DNA of 64,000 nt from Octopus sinensis (taxonomy: Eukaryota). The stretch's first letter is position 1; each line of letters starts with the position of its first letter. Where the stretch lies: contig NC_042999.1 in NCBI RefSeq assembly GCF_006345805.1, positions 103,974,001-104,038,000 on the forward strand, written 5' to 3'. Shown one piece after another: positions 39,945 to 53,245 of this stretch. The notes below the pieces were generated by a model that did no database searches, had not been told where the DNA came from, and saw only the letters and a program-made list of their open reading frames with translations. The position numbers and the translations under genes were made by a program.

Positions 39945-40332
39945 TTCTTTTACTTATTTCAGAAATTTGACTGTGGCCATACTGGAGCACAGCTTTGAAG
40001 GGCTTTAGTCAAACAAATCGACCCCAGGATTTATTTTTTTGAAGCCTAATACTTATTCTATCAGTCTGTTTTGCTGAACCACTAAGTTACAAAGACCCAA
40101 ACACACCAACACCGGTTGTCAAGCAGTTACGGGGGCAAACAGACACACACACATAGATATATATACACATATATGACAGGCGTCTTACAGTTTCCACCTA
40201 CCAAATCCACTCACAAGGCTTTGGTTGGCCCCAAGGCTATAGTAGAAGACACTTGCCCAAGGCACCATGTAGTGAGACAACCCAGAACCATGCGGTTAGG
40301 AAACAAGCTTCTTACCACTCAGCTACACCTGT
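39945..40332 (-). mobile_element. SINE family A
   Basis: reverse homology to 301-680. Confidence 0.8.
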
Positions 40333-40654
40333 ACCTTAGCTAAAAGTAGCCACTAACTCACCCTCTTACTTTTTTTAAAAAATAATAGAAGACATGTTTG
40401 GATAATGTAGTCCTACCTACATGCACTGTTTAAGGAAGAAAAAATATCACTAGATGGTTACACCTGGAACATCTCTGATCATAATTTTCTTAATAAACAA
40501 CAGGGACAATCTCATGTGCATACACAGCATGCGCACCTTACCCTTTCTTAACCTCGTATTTTCCAACCTTGTTCATTCAAGTCAGACACTCTCACTCTGA
40601 CAAATACTAGCCGCCACTGCCTCCATAAAAGAATGAGAAGACAAATCTTATATT

Positions 40655-40955
40655 CATGTTTGTTCCTTCTCAAGCCATGCCTGGCTCATAAGGCCGGTTT
40701 CCCGGTTTCCTTGGCATGTAGGTTCCCCATCTAGACGGGACGCCAGTCCGTCGCAGGCGAGCTGCAAGATGCAGGAGTTAAGAGTGAGAGAAAGTTGTAG
40801 CAACAAAGTCAGCAAAAGTTCACCATTACCTTCTGCAGGAGCCGCATGGAGCTTAGGTGTTTCGCTTACAAACACACATGTCGCCCGGTCTGAGATTCAA
40901 ACCAGCGATCCCTCGACTGCGAGTCCGCTGCTCTAACTACTAGGCCATGTGCCTC
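40655..40955 (-). mobile_element. tRNA-derived SINE related to family B
   Basis: minus-strand head GGCACATGGCCTAGTAGTTAGAGCAGCGGACTCGCAGTCGAGGGATCGCTGGTTTGAATCTC. Confidence 0.8.
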
Positions 40956-41149
40956 TTGTATCCATATAATAGTTTATTTACCATGGTGTTGAATAAGTTT
41001 TAAAAGTTTCAACCCTTTTGGTACCAACTCACCAGAGGCCACTTCAGATTCTATAATACAAGTGATATGTTTTACAGTGATATAAATTAAAACTGTTCAT
41101 CAAAATTCCAAGCTGATTTGTTTTAAATACTAGCTTAATAATTACAATG

Positions 41150-41470
41150 TGAAGGCACGTGGCTTAGTGGTTAGGGTATTCAGCTCATAATCATAAGATC
41201 TGGAGTGCAATTCCCAGTAGTATGTTCTGTAGTATGTCCTTGAGCTTTATTTCACATTACTCCAGTCCACTCACCTGACAAAAATGAGCTGTACCTGTAA
41301 TTCAAAAAGCCAACCTTGTCACATTCTGTGTCATGCTGAATCTCTCTGAGAACTACTAAAAGGTACATGCATCTGTGGAGCGCTCAACCACTTGCATATT
41401 AATTTCATGAGCGGGCTGTTCCACAGATCAGATCAACTGGAACGCTTGTTGTCATAGCTGATGGAGTGTT
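41150..41470 (+). mobile_element. SINE family B, diverged
   Basis: head GGCACGTGGCTTAGTGGTTAGGG; body homologous to 22387-22758. Confidence 0.75.
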
Positions 41471-42289
41471 AGTTAATAATTACAGCTACAATTCGTCGTC
41501 AACTTTATGATGATTGGTGAGCCAGCTCCCGGCATCAATAATAGATAGTCCAGTTGAAATCTAATGGGCTTAATTTCTTAGAAATCAACCTGCCTTCGGA
41601 TGATGTCAGCTAACAAATGCTTCCCCTAGGTTTGGTTATTGATCGCCACTGTGGTTATCCCAAGTGTTGGATGAATATCCTGTTGCGGAGACATCGAGAC
41701 AACCTTGTATTTGTTTATAAGACAACTGCTTGAGACTCTGAAATTTTTGACTAATGCCCAGTATAATACAGAATGCTGTGTCTGTCTTTTACCTGAGAAT
41801 GTAAAAATATAAAACAAAGCTATATAGGCCTATAGGCCGACTTACGACAGGTCAACCAGAACTAATTGTGGTCGTAAGTCAACAACGACCTGTATTTTAC
41901 TAAATTTTTCATTATGTTCAGCATAATTGGAACAAAGGCAGTTTTTTTTTTTCAAAGATATAACAAAAGAGATAAACTAATTTTATTCAACATGGCAATT
42001 AGTCCATCTCCCTTTTTTACAGGTTATCCTCAGTGGGTGCCTGACTCTCACTGAGTAACACAAATAAGTGATTCTACATCTAACACTGTCACTTTCATAA
42101 ATTCTGCCACTAGCAAAATCTAACCTTGTCCTTCAGTTTTTAGAAATGCTTGGGTGTGAACAGGGGGGGAGGGAACTAGTGGCTATTTCAAGCAGAGTAA
42201 GACTTGTCTGTGATTTGGTTGATTTGAAAAAAGTTTAACACATTTTTTCAGCTTGATCTGTTCTTACACATAAATATATACATATATTA

Positions 42290-42681
42290 CTCTTTTACTT
42301 GTTTCAGTCATTTGACTGTGGCCATGCTGGAGCACCGCCTGTAGTTGAGCAAATCGACACCAGGACTCATTCTTTGTAAGCCTAGTACTTATTCTATCAG
42401 TCTCTTTTTCCAAACTGCTAAGTTATGGGGGCGTAAACACACCAGCATTGGTTGTCAAACGATGTTGGGGGAGGGGGGGACAAACACAGACACAAACATA
42501 TACACACACATATATACAACAAGCTTCTTTCAGTTTCCATCTACTAAATCCACTCACAAGGCTTTGGTCGGCCTGAGGCGATAGTAGAAGACACTTGGCC
42601 AAGGTGCCACGCAGTGGGACTGAACCCGGAACCATGTGGATCGTAAGCAAGCTACTTACCACACAGCCACTCCAACGCCTA
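42290..42681 (-). mobile_element. SINE family A copy sharing its downstream flank (42071-42289) with 14511-14720
   Basis: reverse homology to 301-680; flank near-identical. Confidence 0.85.
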
Positions 42682-43105
42682 TATATATATACATGCAACA
42701 GGCTTCTTTCAGTTTCCTTCTACCAAATCCACTGACAAGACCTTGGTTGGCCCATGGGCTATAGTAGAAAATATGCCCAAAGTACCTCACTGTGAAATGA
42801 ACCCCAAACCATGTGGTCAGGAAGCAAACTGCTAACCACACAAGTGGAAACACCCTTACTTGAAAAAACAGTTAAGGGTTAGCAGCAGGAAACAATACTT
42901 CAATAATATGCATCATCTAACCCAGGGGTCAACAAACCAGAGTAAATTACTCCAGCTGGGTTAAAAATGAAATTCTTGGGGGTAATGAGGACCCATTAGA
43001 CATAAGTAAAATTATATAAAAGAACGTGTTTCTTGTTATGACAGAAATTTTTTTTCTGGCTCTGAGGGGGCAGTCAAAAAGTTGCTCCCTTTGGCAACAA
43101 CCTAC

Positions 43106-43129
43106 CTTTGTGAACAAGGATTTTCCACT
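43106..43129 (-). CDS. candidate 24-nt micro-exon (SGKSLFTK in the core frame; all three frames open)
   Basis: tttctttgctttgtttcatgttcattag|AGTGGAAAATCCTTGTTCACAAAG|gtaggt. Confidence 0.42.
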
Positions 43130-43483
43130 CTAATGAACATGAAACAAAGCAAAGAAATCGATTGGACCCCCGAAAACTGTATTCAAATTTCTCTGGCATC
43201 AAAATGTACTCAATTTTGATGTAATTGTACAAAAACAAAACATTATTTCTCCAAAGCCTAAAGTGAAAAAGTTTCTAGAAAAATCCTTTTGTTTCTTAAG
43301 ATATTAATTTATTTTATCACATTTGTTTTATACATTTTATATTTATAATTGTACTCTCCATATAAATAGATCCAATAAGCCTTTTGAATTCAAAGAATCT
43401 ATGATTTTCTTCTTTTCAAATCAAGGGGGTAATCATCATCGTTTAACGTCCGTTTTCAATGCTAGCATGGGTTGGACGGATAG

Positions 43484-43552
43484 AAAATATGGAACGCTTC
43501 ACGAATTTGCGTGTCATCCTTGCGCAAGGGGCCATGCTAATCTTCTCTGTAT
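43484..43552 (-). pseudogene. U6: 5'-truncated U6 snRNA retropseudogene (ACAGAGA box to 3' oligo-U)
   Basis: minus strand ATACAGAGAAGATTAGCATGGCCCCTTGCGCAAGGATGACACGCAAATTCGTGAAGCGTTCCATATTTT matches the conserved metazoan U6 3' two-thirds with one extra base; the 5' stem-loop is absent. Confidence 0.95.
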
Positions 43553-46407
43553 GGTAAATATGTTTTGGGGTAATTGTTTAAAAAAAAGTTCCCCGAACCC
43601 TGATCTAACTCATGCTACCCTGGGAAACAGGCAGGAATAATTATATAGGCGTGTTTTTTTTTTGTTTTTTTAATGATCATAGTCATTCCTCCGTGATCAT
43701 ACTGTCTTTTTCATGTATAGTGTTTTTATCATTGATGCTTAGCTCCAAATTAGCCCTGATCCTCCTATGCTTTCCGATAGTGAACATACATTACACAACT
43801 TGACCGCCAGCTTTTAGGACGGTAGGGAGTAAGGTTGAGGAGAAATTAGCTGCTATTTCTAGCAGGGTGGATTTCTTTGTTTTCATCGATGCTGGTTGTT
43901 AACATGTCAGCTCACATCAACCTACGATAATTATGGCGTTCCAGCTATGACCATCCAGTTTTTTAGGGAGATATGTAAAACCAATTTAAATAAGTTCTTT
44001 CATTTTTACCACGTGAGTTGTGATTTGCGAGAGATTTGGCTGCTATTTCTAGCACGTAGAGTGACCACATAAAAGCTCCGTTTGTTTTCGTTTATAGCAA
44101 GATGATGGTAGTACTGATGGTGAATTGGAAGGGTACAAATGTAGGTGATGGTAAAGAATACGCACACCAGGTGTTTAGGGTAGGGTAAGGAGTTAGGGTT
44201 TTTGTTACGTCGAAAACGGATGGTGTGCGTATTCTTTACCTCTGCCACAGATGTAATACGGGTTAATTAAATGGAGATATTTTCTCCCTATTTACTGTGT
44301 TGGTTTGGGGAAGTTCCTATACAGCGAGGAACGGTTTTAGCTACTTTTAAATCGGATCAATCAGTCTGCTGGCCAACCTGCGGCCCGGAGACCTTTATCT
44401 TGTGGCCCGCTCGATACTTTCTTAAAATGGGTTTATCTAAACAAACATTTTTAAAATCTTATCAAAAATTAAAGATTGTAATGAAAAGTAAAAAAGAATG
44501 ATACTACTGTTTTTTTGCAACGATTAATAAATATTTCATGTTAAATCAACGATCATTCATTCATTTTTGTAATATAATAGCATGAGAAAGCAAAATGCTT
44601 TCAATTCTGTCAGTATACAAACGGCCCTGAAAAAACTTTCTGTGATAAAAGTGACCCGCAATTGTAATTCGAGTTGGCCAGGCCTAGACTCTAGGCCATA
44701 TATTTTTTTAGCACGCACGTTTGTAAGTAGGAGTGATGTGTGTTATTCTCCATATATCAACAGTCTTTACGTATCACATAATCAGATGTTTGTTTATCAC
44801 ACACATATACTATAACGTGTGAGATACAGAATGAGTCAACGATGGGTCATAGAAAGCGGTTGCTGAACATGCTAGAAACAGCAGTTAAAACTCGTCTATG
44901 ACACCCACTAGAGCCTAACAAAAACACGCATTAGGTAATTGTAGTCCTAGGTATATGTATGAAAAGAAAAGCCAAGACGGTCATGGCTGTTTACATTGAT
45001 GAATTATTTCGGATACCTATTACAACAAAGTGACCCGAGGAAATAAATGAAGAGAACGTTGAAGGCTGAGAGAACCTCTGACAAGGATCATATCCAAGTG
45101 TACAAGTATGTACAATACAAACATTCCTTGAGAATCCAGAAAGTTAATTGAGCCCTGTTTACGATGCACACCGCGTTTCATCCTCTCATAGAGTGTACTT
45201 GAAAAAACGACGGGATGTTCCAAGTTGGAATGGTTTTGATTATAAAACTGATGATTAATGCTGACATTAGGTACATCCCAATAATAGGGTGTGTGTGTGT
45301 GTATGTGTGTAACAAGTGACAATATATACAATATACGCAGAAAATATTATTAAGAAAGGGAAATAGTAAGACGCTTGTATTACACAAGCTACAACATAAC
45401 TTGAGGTGTAACTAGATCGGTACCCCCCGCCCCAACTCAGGACTGTGTTTCCTCCTAACTTTCTGAAAAATGCATTTTTTTTTCAAAGTACAGGGATACG
45501 TTCTGGAGAGTGTAGATTACAATTAAGTTTTATCACGCAGGGACACAGCCTTGAAAGGTTTGGTCGAACAAATCGACGCCAGTACTTATTTTAAAGTTTG
45601 GTACGTGTTCTATCGGTTGTTTTGCTGAACTACTAAGTTACAGGGACGTAAACAAGCTAATAGTAGTTGTAAAGTGGTGGTGGAAGACATATATATATAT
45701 ACAGACACACACACGACGAGCTTCTTTCAGTTTCCGTCTACCAAATCCACCTCAAGGCTTTATGTTGATTTAGAAAAAACTTTTTCAGAAGAATTTTGTA
45801 TCGTTCTTTATCTCTCCCGCCCACACTTCGTTACCCCTAATTTCTATAACTTTATCATTTTTTTTTTTTTTTCACTTGTTCTTTTCAAACTCGTTTGAAT
45901 TTTCAATTTTATGTAATCCACTCACTCGAAAACGTATCTCTGCAAAAGGTTGGGTTTTTTTTTTTTATATTTTGTGTAATATTATCAGCATAATCATTAT
46001 CTACACTCTCAAAAATGTAGTTCTAAAAAATTTCATGAGGAAAAAATGCATTTCTCAAACACTTATGTGGAAACATTAATCTGAAGTTATATCGAACTGC
46101 ATGCATAGAGAATATATATATAGTACGTATGCATATACACTCATTGGCGTTGTTAACCAAGTCGAGTACCCCTTGGTAACCTGTCAAATACATAATTATA
46201 GAATTCACTAAATTTAGAAAGTCAATTTTATCTGTTTTGTTTTCATTCATTTATTGATAAGTGTAACCCACTGTTACAAACATAGAAACTATATCCAACA
46301 CTCTTAAAAGTGTTTACTGTAGCAAATCAGAGTACATTTTTAAAGAAAATTACTCCCTCTTTAGTAAGCGCTTTAGTGGCTGACACCCTCACTAATCGTC
46401 GCAGCAT

Positions 46408-46962
46408 TGTAGACATAGAACGTGGCATATGTGGGTAGATAATTCTTTGTATTTTCGACACAAGGCCAGGTAGGAATATAGTCGATTACATCGACACCCA
46501 GTGCTCAACTGGTATTTATTTTCTCGACCTCGAAAGAATAAAAAGATAAATCAACCTCGGTGAAATTTGAACTCCGAACATAAAGACGGACGAAATGCGC
46601 TAGGCATTTTGTCTGACGTACTAACGATTCTGCCAAGCTCACTACGTATATGACAAGAGCATGTGTCAAACATGTATCTGTACTCCCAGAGAATTTTGCT
46701 CCTCCGTATATTCCCAACCTTCGTGTAAATGCATGCATTTGCACTTTCCAAAATATACTTGTTTACCAAGTCAGTGAGGAAGCCTGTGTTCGACCTGCTA
46801 AAAATAACAGCTAAATCTCTCTTGAATCACATTTCTACCATTTTAAAAATCGAAGGACATATTGCATACTGTAATCCCAGATACATAGTGTCCGGATAGA
46901 AGATGGGATCGTCTGGACATGTGTCAATTATCTACCCACATATGCCACGTTCTATGTCTACA
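46408..46962. repeat. perfect 37-bp inverted repeats (46408-46444 and 46926-46962) enclosing SINE fragments
   Basis: TGTAGACATAGAACGTGGCATATGTGGGTAGATAATT and its exact reverse complement. Confidence 0.9.
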
Positions 46963-49115
46963 TCAGAACTGAGCTGGGACAAAAAAAAACATCACATATG
47001 TGTGTGACAAAAGACAAGGAGAATGGAAGCTAGAATATGTGCATGCGAGTGTGTCCTAAATACAATTAAACGTGTAAGTACAGGGATATTAATGAATAGT
47101 ATAAGTAATTATTAATAAATCCAGGACAGCTGGCGTAAACCGAAACAATGCCTTATTATAAAAAGAATAATGTTATGTTAATAACTAAAACAATAATTTA
47201 AAAAGATGTGTGTGCCAACAAGGGGGTTTCGTTCGAGCTGTTAGAAACAGTAGTTAAATCTCTTTATGTTGCACCATATCGTCTTTAAAAAATGAATAGG
47301 ACTAATTTGATATGATCTTAGACACACTTTCAGTTGGTCACGGCTGGAATGCCATTGATAATAATAGGTCTCTACTCGATCAGAGCCCGAACTGGGACTA
47401 ACATCAACGACTAAGTATAAGACAGCTTGAGTGTGTTGGTGTGTGTGTGTTTGTGCGTCCATCCATGAAACTTCGTCACGAAGCTAACACGAACCCTAAA
47501 GAAGCATTAGGGGAATGATAACGCTGGAGAGAGAGAGAGCGAGCGAGCTAAGTAAATGGACCCAATTCAACACTGCCTCTTTGCCTTCTCTTAACAGCCC
47601 GCTCATTGGACCATAATAACAATATTGTATAGTCTCTTGTGTTTGACCGAAGAATGAGAAAACAATTACTATTGTGTTTTGAAACTATACACCCACTAAT
47701 AAATAAAAAAACAACATTCATATACCCACAAATCCACACATTCATGTATATACACTCCCTTACTCCCGATCATGCACCCACACACTTTCGTACACATGGA
47801 CCGTTTTACACGTGCGCGCGCCAACATACACGTACACTTTCGTATACACTTTCATACAAACACATACACAATGCACGCTTACGCACACGTTCATACCCTA
47901 TTTTATGAACATTACGTATATACTATAGTACAATAATTCAAAAATACTCTGTCTGTCTCTCTCATGCATACACTTTCTCTACTATACAGAAAAATTACAC
48001 GCTAACACTTCTTATCTAGTGGTATGTTTAATACAACTGCGGATAAAGCTTCCCAAAACAATGCTACTGTTGTTTGTATTAGCCACATTAAGATATGTGT
48101 GTGTCTAAGTATATAATGTATGTGTAAAATAACGTGTTTACATTTTGTTGTAACGTCAGTGTAGCAGAATGTATCAAAGCATCATCGATATTCCTGGTAA
48201 ATTCTCTTTTAGAGAAAAAGAGCAAACTCACTAGTAGAAATACTAGCGTTATATCCTTAGCGATGTTGTCTCAATGGGAGCGGGAAAAGAGAGAAAGAAA
48301 AGAAGTGGAGAAGACAAAAAAAAAAAGTCGAAAGCAAGATATCTATTTTAAAAAATCAACAAGAAAATGTGATTCACTCCTCTATCTCCTTCTCGGAATA
48401 CAATACTAAAATAATTTTTTTTATAATTGCCAAAAATATGGGTTAGAGAGAGAGAGAGAACCCAGAAATATTAGATAGGAATGGTTTATAATAACAGAGT
48501 ATGAAGGGGGAACTTTAGTGCTATGTCAGTACGAATCATCTTTTAGGAATCTTTTTAGGGAGGATTCTGGGAGCACAACACGGGATGGTTAGAGCTCTTA
48601 TAGTTCAGAGAGAGGGTTTCTGTGATTTTAGATCTGAATGAGCATTGGCACAATTAATTATTGCAATTGTTACTATTTTCGTGAGAGATACTCGAGTGGA
48701 ATGGAGTGGAGTGAAGTGTAGCTAGAGACGTAAATAAAGTGTTTGTGGACATGGATGACAAATCTGAGATGAATGAATGGCGCGTGTGAGCAGAGGTTAT
48801 ATGTGCGTATGTTTATGTGAGAATGCTGAGTGTGTATTATCTTCACTTATCAGATATGTATGTAGGGTAGAGAAACAAAGAACGAATATGAAAGGTGGGG
48901 AATATAAAAATATCTAGCAACATGAATGCATTCGCTGAATGAGGTTTGTATCACTCTTATTTCATATTGATATGAGTGAGTATAAATGTGTATTGTATAT
49001 GAATATCTAAGTATAAGGCATTTTCGATAGTGCATATACAAGTGTAAGATACATAATTAAATTATATGCAAATATAGATAGGCAGATAAATTTATATATA
49101 CATATAAGCACATAG

Positions 49116-49154
<39 letters not shown>

Positions 49155-49339
49155 AACACAAATAGATAGATAGATATGAATAAACGGATAGGGATAAACA
49201 GATAGACAGACAAATAATTAAATCGATGGAGAAAATGAAAGATCCACCAGTTAGTTTAGAGAGAATATTAAGTAGACCGAAAGAAAAAGAGACAAACAAA
49301 CAAACAATTCAACACAAAACTAAAACAACCCAATCTTAC

Positions 49340-49419
49340 CTGTGGAATAACTGCTGCTGAGAGCGGAGCGTGGAAATTTGGTCCTTGTATGAGTGTATCT
49401 CCAATTTTAACTGTAAGGT
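49340..49419 (-). CDS. candidate 80-nt exon (DLTVKIGDTLIQGPNFHAPLSAAVIPQ, or TLQLKLEIHSYKDQISTLRSQQQLFH in another frame)
   Basis: tttttttttcctttcgatttttgtag acceptor, CAG|gtaaga donor; higher-complexity sequence than the flanks; two open frames. Confidence 0.5.
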
Positions 49420-49953
49420 CTACAAAAATCGAAAGGAAAAAAAAAAGATATAAAGAGGCTACACTCGACTCACACTTGACAACGAATGGCTGTTGAAGGG
49501 TTTGGTTTGTGTTCTATATTAGGATTTATTTACGTTTTTTTCTTCTTTTTTTTGTAAGTGGCTGGAGTTACTCTAGACCAACAGTGAGTTGTGTGAGAAG
49601 GGTTTTAATGACATGAAGCAAGCAGATGAAGGAAAGGGGAGTAGCAGTAAGAGGAGAAGTAAGAGAATTTAATAGAGAAATAGAAGGAGGGAGTAAAAGA
49701 GTGAGGAAGTGAAAGAAAAAGTGAATAGAAAGATAGAGTAGGAGTGGAAAGAAACGCAAAGCTATAGAGAAAGACAAATTCAGATAAGAGAGTGGGAAGA
49801 AATGCTCAGGAAAGACTAAGAGATGACAAAGTAACCAACTAGTGTTAGTGTATGAGTGTTAGTCACAGCAACTATCTGACCTTTTTGTTTGTAAACACAA
49901 TTGCATGTTCGCGTGTGTGTAAATCATACACATGCATCCCCCTTCTTTCTGTT

Positions 49954-49998
<45 letters not shown>

Positions 49999-50159
49999 TA
50001 CTCTCACACAATGTATGTATGTATATATAAATATATATATAATATATATCATATAGAATGGTTGTATACTGTCAATCTATCGCCCCACCACCGTACATGT
50101 CTCTACGAGAGATTTAGAAATTTAGTATTTCTGATATATCATATATATATATATATATA

Positions 50160-50419
50160 CATATATATATACATACATACATACATATATATATATATAT
50201 ACATGCATACATATATATATACATATATATATATACATGCATACATACATATATATATACATGCATACATACATATATATATATATACATGCATACATAC
50301 ATATATATATATATACATGCATACATACATATATAATACATGCATACATACACACACACATATATATATACATATATATATATACATGCATACATACATA
50401 TATATATATATACATGCAT

Positions 50420-50450
<31 letters not shown>
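50160..50450. repeat. (TA)/(CATA)-derived minisatellite
   Basis: repeated gcatacatacatatatatatatatacat units. Confidence 0.8.
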
Positions 50451-50458
<8 letters not shown>

Positions 50459-50662
50459 ATGCTTTATCTATATCCTTTTCTACTCTTGGTACAAAGCCCG
50501 AAATTTTGGGGGAGGGGATAGTCGATTAGATCGCCTCCAGTACGCAACTGGTACTTCATTAATCGACCCCGAATGGATGAAAGGTAAAGTCGACTTCGAC
50601 GAAATTAGAACTCAGAACATAAAGACAGACGAAAATGCCTATGCCTATATCGAAAGAATGCC

Positions 50663-50713
<51 letters not shown>

Positions 50714-50892
50714 GCACAAAAACAATATGTACATCTATATATACATACATATACACAAATATGTACAAATATATATATATAAATGGAGTTAAACGCATTT
50801 ATTCAAATTCTTTTACTTCTTACACATGTTTCGAAGATATCACTAGTATTACTTTTCCCGTGTTAATTGTTAACAAAGGAAAAATACACACA

Positions 50893-50994
<102 letters not shown>

Positions 50995-51646
50995 ATTTTA
51001 TACATAAATGCATACTTAAGAACATACTATATAACATGATAAATTCTTGATTTATTGAAATTATTTCTGCATTTAAGAGTGTAAACTAATTGTTTGGTGG
51101 CATTTAGGATTTAGTCCAAATGAGAAGGAGATAATCTAAGAATCAAAAGCTCTCCAAAACTGACATGACATGCAATGAAAAACAGCAGTCTGGTTGTCAG
51201 CAGACAAGAAAACAGCTGTGAACGCAGGTTTCTGCTTCATTATCCGTCGTCACCAAAAGAAATTTTGCTACTTTATCTTCAGCAGAAGACACTGAGCCAC
51301 GCTGCTGGATTAAACCAGTCAGTAAAAACAAAAGCACATGTTTAGGGCATCGAGGGAAGGGGAGTGCACCACAGAAATAGTAAAAGGTTTACGGTAGAAA
51401 ACAAATCGATTTAAACTTGCTAAAATAATATTCGAAGTGGTTTATATGAGCGGAAATATAATTTCGAAGGTTCATGATGTCATAGTGAGGATCTGATCAA
51501 ATATTTTTTCATAGAAAAAAAATATAGGAGAAAACTTATCAAATATAAATAAAGTGAAAGTATACAAGATAAACATTATTTTCCAATTTGTTTCATTAAA
51601 AACAAAATTGAAATGTATTTTATGATTTATTATTGTTTATATTTTG

Positions 51647-51741
<95 letters not shown>

Positions 51742-51816
51742 AATATTAGGGAATAAATCCAAACTTACAGGGGAAAATCAGATTTAGGATTGAATCCAAT
51801 TTTATAGTAAAATATT

Positions 51817-52061
51817 ATATTATATTAAATTAGAGACAAAACCACTATTAGGCAAATCAACAATGAAAAACTTAATCCAATACATAATATTATTTAATTT
51901 ATATTATTTAAATATATAACAAAATTATTAAAAAATATAATTAATTATATTTTTTTAATAATTTTGTTATATATTTAAATAATATAAATTAAATAATATT
52001 ATGTATTGGATTAAGTTTTTCATTGTTTGATTTGCCTAATAGTGGTTTTGTCTCTAATTTA

Positions 52062-52070
<9 letters not shown>
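51817..52070. repeat. spacer-less 254-bp AT-rich palindrome centred at 51942/51943; part of an element (from about 51748) flanked by (TA)n
   Basis: arms are reverse complements apart from two small indels (aaattagagacaaaaccactattaggcaaatca.../...tgatttgcctaatagtggttttgtctctaattt). Confidence 0.92.
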
Positions 52071-52092
<22 letters not shown>

Positions 52093-52348
52093 GGGGGTGG
52101 GGTACACTAAAGTCTTTTAAGCGCTTGGGACTCCTATTTGTTTTAATCCGGTCCTAAGACATACAAAAGAGTATAGTGTACATTTATGGCGTATGAAATT
52201 TGCATAGATGAGACGAAAATGGGCTCAGAGAAATAATTTGGAGAAATCAGTGACATGTATTTGAACAATGAATATAGATATAATAAATAACATAGACATA
52301 ATATATAATATAATATAATAGAGATATAGATATAAATATAATAAATAA

Positions 52349-52650
52349 TCTATTATATAAAATCCGTTCTGTCTGTCTGTGTGTCTTCTAGGGTCTCGGG
52401 CATCCTCCATCCGATTGCGCTCAAATTTGATATGTAGATACCGACGGTATCAGGGCGTGTATAAGTCTTGAAAAAATTACAAAATCGATTCCAGGTGAGA
52501 ATGCGATCGATAAAGCCGTGTGAACGTTTATTTGTACGCGCAAGTACATCAGCTGTTGCGATCGATACTACGCGTACGCGAGAAAAATGCACACGCAGTT
52601 TGCGCAAAAAAAAGCCGGCTGGCTTGAAATAATGCCACAAAATGCAGTAC
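52349..52650 (+). mobile_element. Helitron/Helentron-like non-autonomous element, 5' end (right end uncertain)
   Basis: A^TCTATTATATAAAA followed by (GTCT)n, typical of HINE/DINE-type ends; CpG-rich body; small hairpin AAGCC-ggct-GGCTT. Confidence 0.5.
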
Positions 52651-53245
52651 ATTTAAGAGACCAAAAAAGATGCAAAAGAGTGTTCTCCCAGTCAGCAACC
52701 TTATCATTACTGGTACTTTAAACTCTTCGGTTGCATATTTGTGTGAATAAAATCGTTTTTCTTTGGAATAGAAAAAAAGTCTATCTTTATTTCTTCTTTT
52801 GCTGGTGTCTCAAATTTAGGTTAAATCAGTGTTTCTCAAAGGGGGGCGGCTATGGGACGGTCGGACAAGTTGTTTGGAGAAAATTTGGTTTAAATGTTTG
52901 ATAATTCAGCACCGTCCATTGGACGGGGGGCGTTTTGCTCTTATTTTATAAATATGCATAAATATATGTATATGTATCCATGTGTGTGCGCGCGCGCGAG
53001 TGCACGCGTAGTTCACTTTGTCTTGCTTCTGTCGATCCATAGTTACATTTTAAGCAAAGGAAATATTTTCCGTATAAAACAAAAGTTGCAGGCTGCAGAA
53101 AATGAGTCCATGGACGTTAACAAACTGCTTGTAATCGCTCTCCCAGCCACTTATATGTGTGCATTGTCTACTCGTGGTTTGTTACTTGAATTTCAGCTGG
53201 TTGGCTTGATATAATTTTCTTCAGAAAAAATGTTTGCTACATAAT

